A stretch of DNA of 64,000 nucleotides from the NCBI RefSeq assembly GCF_964355755.1, contig NC_092676.1:20974871-21038870 (forward strand). The letters are read 5' to 3'. This document shows, piece after piece, positions 61,746 through 64,000 of the stretch (position 1 is the stretch's first letter; each line of letters begins with the position of its first letter). A program made the translations under genes and the position numbers. The notes beneath the pieces were generated by a model. The model searched no databases and was not told where the DNA came from. It worked only from the letters and a program-made list of their open reading frames with translations. This DNA comes from Antedon mediterranea (Eukaryota > Animalia > Echinodermata).

Positions 61746-62796
61746 TCTGTCCATGATAACATTACATTTTTTGAATGCATTCTTACCGTAATTGTTTACC
61801 CTATTTAAAAATAGAAGTTTTGCCTGTGACGTCATTTATAACAATTGCTTCTCCAGTGAAGTGAATTACGACATTGTCGGGGTTTTCCGTAAGATTTAAA
61901 TAGATAGCAAAATGTTAGATAGCAAACAATTAGATAGCAAATAATCGGAGAGGGTAGGGAGGGATGGTGCTGAAAGCGAAGCGAAAATCACTTGCCAGAG
62001 GGTCAGGTTGCCGCCAAGAGCGAGATTTACCGAAGCAACGGCGTTCTAGCGTAATTTGAGACCGTTTTAATATATTTTAGAGGCGAGTTTTTAAAGTGCA
62101 AAAAATACCTAAGAATATTAAAAGTTTGACTGACAGGTAAAAAAAGCTACGCCGATGAACGAATTACTAAAAATCGTAAAAAAATCCTCTTATTTTAGGG
62201 TAAAGTAGGCCTACGGATATTGCGCCTCTTTTCATCCATCAACGAATGTTCTCAGTTTAGAAAATTTGAGCGTATCTCAACATTGAATAATTGACAATAA
62301 TTTTCAGTGACAAGTATTTTTATATAGGCAAAAAGTGTGCATCTTCGACTGGTAGTTGTTGATATCATTTAAGCCAACAAACGCGAAATTATTACTGGTC
62401 ACTGATCCTACTTTTTAACTGAGAGGTATCAAGTGCATTTTGTTTAGTCCGTAGTAATTAGTACAGTCTTTTTGTTTATTTTTAATTCATTTATGTGTAA
62501 ATTTACTTTGTATGGACCAGAGATTCCGAAATAAAAGATTGAATGAATAAAATAAATGAATAACCAAGAGGACGGCATTGTTCATTGTCCTCTTATTGAT
62601 ACCCAATATAATATGGTTTTACAGATTTTAACATAAAGATTCATCAATATAACTCTATATATCTTTATATTTTGCAAAGCACGCTCGTTGAGCTTGTGCA
62701 CTTTTTGTGCTCATAATCAATGTACCATGTCCCGCATAACTGGCTCAGCCTATATATTGTGCCAGTTCTGCGGTACATATTATTTCGAAACCTGAA

Positions 62797-62841
62797 CTGC
62801 ACTGACGAGATCTAATAACATCGAAACAGTACTGTCTGCAG
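62797..62841 (+). ncRNA. Minimal type I hammerhead ribozyme
   Basis: CTGCA-CTGACGA-GATCT-AATA-ACATC-GAAA-CAGTACTG-TC-TGCAG: intact core, perfect stem I, one stem II mismatch. Confidence 0.8.
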
Positions 62842-63071
62842 ATTGGATATTACGCTCCTCTACTTTCTGCTATATATAGTATTTTGTTTTGTAGAGCACT
62901 CTTCAGTTCGAAACGGTGCATTTTTTGTGTGAATACTATTAGCATTTTGCAAAGCACGCTCGTTGAGCTTGTGCACTCTTTGTGTTCATAATCAGTGTAC
63001 CATGTCCCGCATACCTGGCTCAGCCTATATATTGTGCCAGTTCTGCGGTACATTTCATTTCGAAACCTGAG

Positions 63072-63116
63072 CTGCACTGACGAGATCTAATAAGATCGGA
63101 ACAGTACTGTCTGCAG
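63072..63116 (+). ncRNA. Type I hammerhead ribozyme with mutated core (GGAA for GAAA)
   Basis: CTGCA-CTGACGA-GATCT-AATA-AGATC-GGAA-CAGTACTG-TC-TGCAG: perfect stems; the core substitution is predicted to impair cleavage. Confidence 0.7.
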
Positions 63117-64000
63117 ATTGGATATATATATATATATCGAAACTTCACATAAACCATTTAAACGATTTGTTACGAAAATGACGTTCCAAAACACTATTTT
63201 ACAATCCTACTTTTAAATTGTCCCGGCCCCCCGGCTGTCGTGTCTGTAGTGTCGTATTGAAAATTGCTTTGGGAATAATTAGAACCAAAATGCAAAATAA
63301 GAATTGTTATTATAATTATTTAGGAATTATAGCCATACTCACCTGTGGTGGCGCCAGGTTGGAATAGGTGAGGGAAGGGGGTTGTTGCTAGTACGTGAAG
63401 AAATTTTCGTAAATGGTTCACTACACGGGGTTTCGACGTGCGGAATGCATTTCATACACGTTTAAGATTTATTCATTGAAAATCAAGTTCTTTAATGAGG
63501 TAGAGTAACATATGTTAAAATCTGTAAAACCATATTATATTGGGTATCAATAAGAGGACAATGAACAATGCCGTCCTCTTGGTTATTCATTCATCATTCA
63601 TTCAATCTTTTATTTCGGAATCTCTGGTCCATACAAAGTAAATTTACACATAAATGAATTAAAAATAAACAAAAAGACTGTACTAATTACTACTGGACTA
63701 AACACAATACACTTGGTACCTCTCAGTTAAAAAATGACCAGTTATAATTTCGCGTTTGTTGGCTTAAATGATATCAACAACTACCAGTCAGAGATGCACA
63801 CTTTTTGCCTATTTAAAAATACTTTTATCACTGAAAATTATTGTCAATTATTCAATGTTGAGATACGCTCAAATTGTCTAAACTGAGAACATTCGTTGAT
63901 GGATGAAAAGAGGCGCCATATCCGTAGTTCTATACTTTACCCTTTGATAGACTATGTAAGAGGAACGAAATAATCTAATTTTCATTAAAAATGTTTGGGT

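Larger units (their letters stand above)
62668..63122 (+). mobile_element. Partial-tandem retrozyme-like repeat (275-nt period) with two hammerhead ribozymes
   Basis: 5'-truncated unit plus full unit; GUC cleavage sites at 62836 and 63111, 275 nt apart; followed by (TA)n. Confidence 0.8.
62197..63943. repeat. Large inverted repeat (arms 62197-62635 and 63511-63943), foldback-like
   Basis: ~440-bp arms are near-reverse-complements (e.g. CTCTTTTCATCCATCAACGAATG / CATTCGTTGATGGATGAAAAGAG); ~875-bp spacer. Confidence 0.9.

Overview
AT-rich, intron-containing animal genomic DNA. The gene content and repeat families suggest an invertebrate deuterostome, possibly an echinoderm (inference only). All genes are on the + strand. 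In order: (1) a tandem cluster of four intronless rhodopsin-type GPCRs, the first 5'-disrupted by transposons; (2) a 19-exon, ~1170-aa secreted mosaic protein (signal peptide, Frizzled CRD, Kunitz, 3 Ig, 2 Sushi, 3 Ig, and a C-terminal DYCR/FG-GAP-like repeat domain); (3) a TBC-domain Rab-GAP with an acidic N-terminus and a basic, Ser/Thr-Pro-rich tail; (4) RPS10 with a TCT/TOP start; (5) a 7-coding-exon type I membrane receptor joining a TNFR-type cysteine-rich ectodomain to a cytoplasmic ZU5-UPA-Death module, with an intact HF/T autoproteolysis-type motif and a perfect kappaB site upstream. The best non-coding signal is a ~275-nt repeat carrying a minimal type I hammerhead ribozyme (retrozyme/Penelope-type). 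It occurs in tandem at 62.7-63.1 kb inside a ~440-bp inverted repeat, next to a Penelope-like fragment, and as a sense copy in RPS10 intron 2. MITEs, SINEs, DINE-1/HINE-like elements and minisatellites are abundant. Exon models were built by hand from splice sites and phase consistency; no database searches were run.
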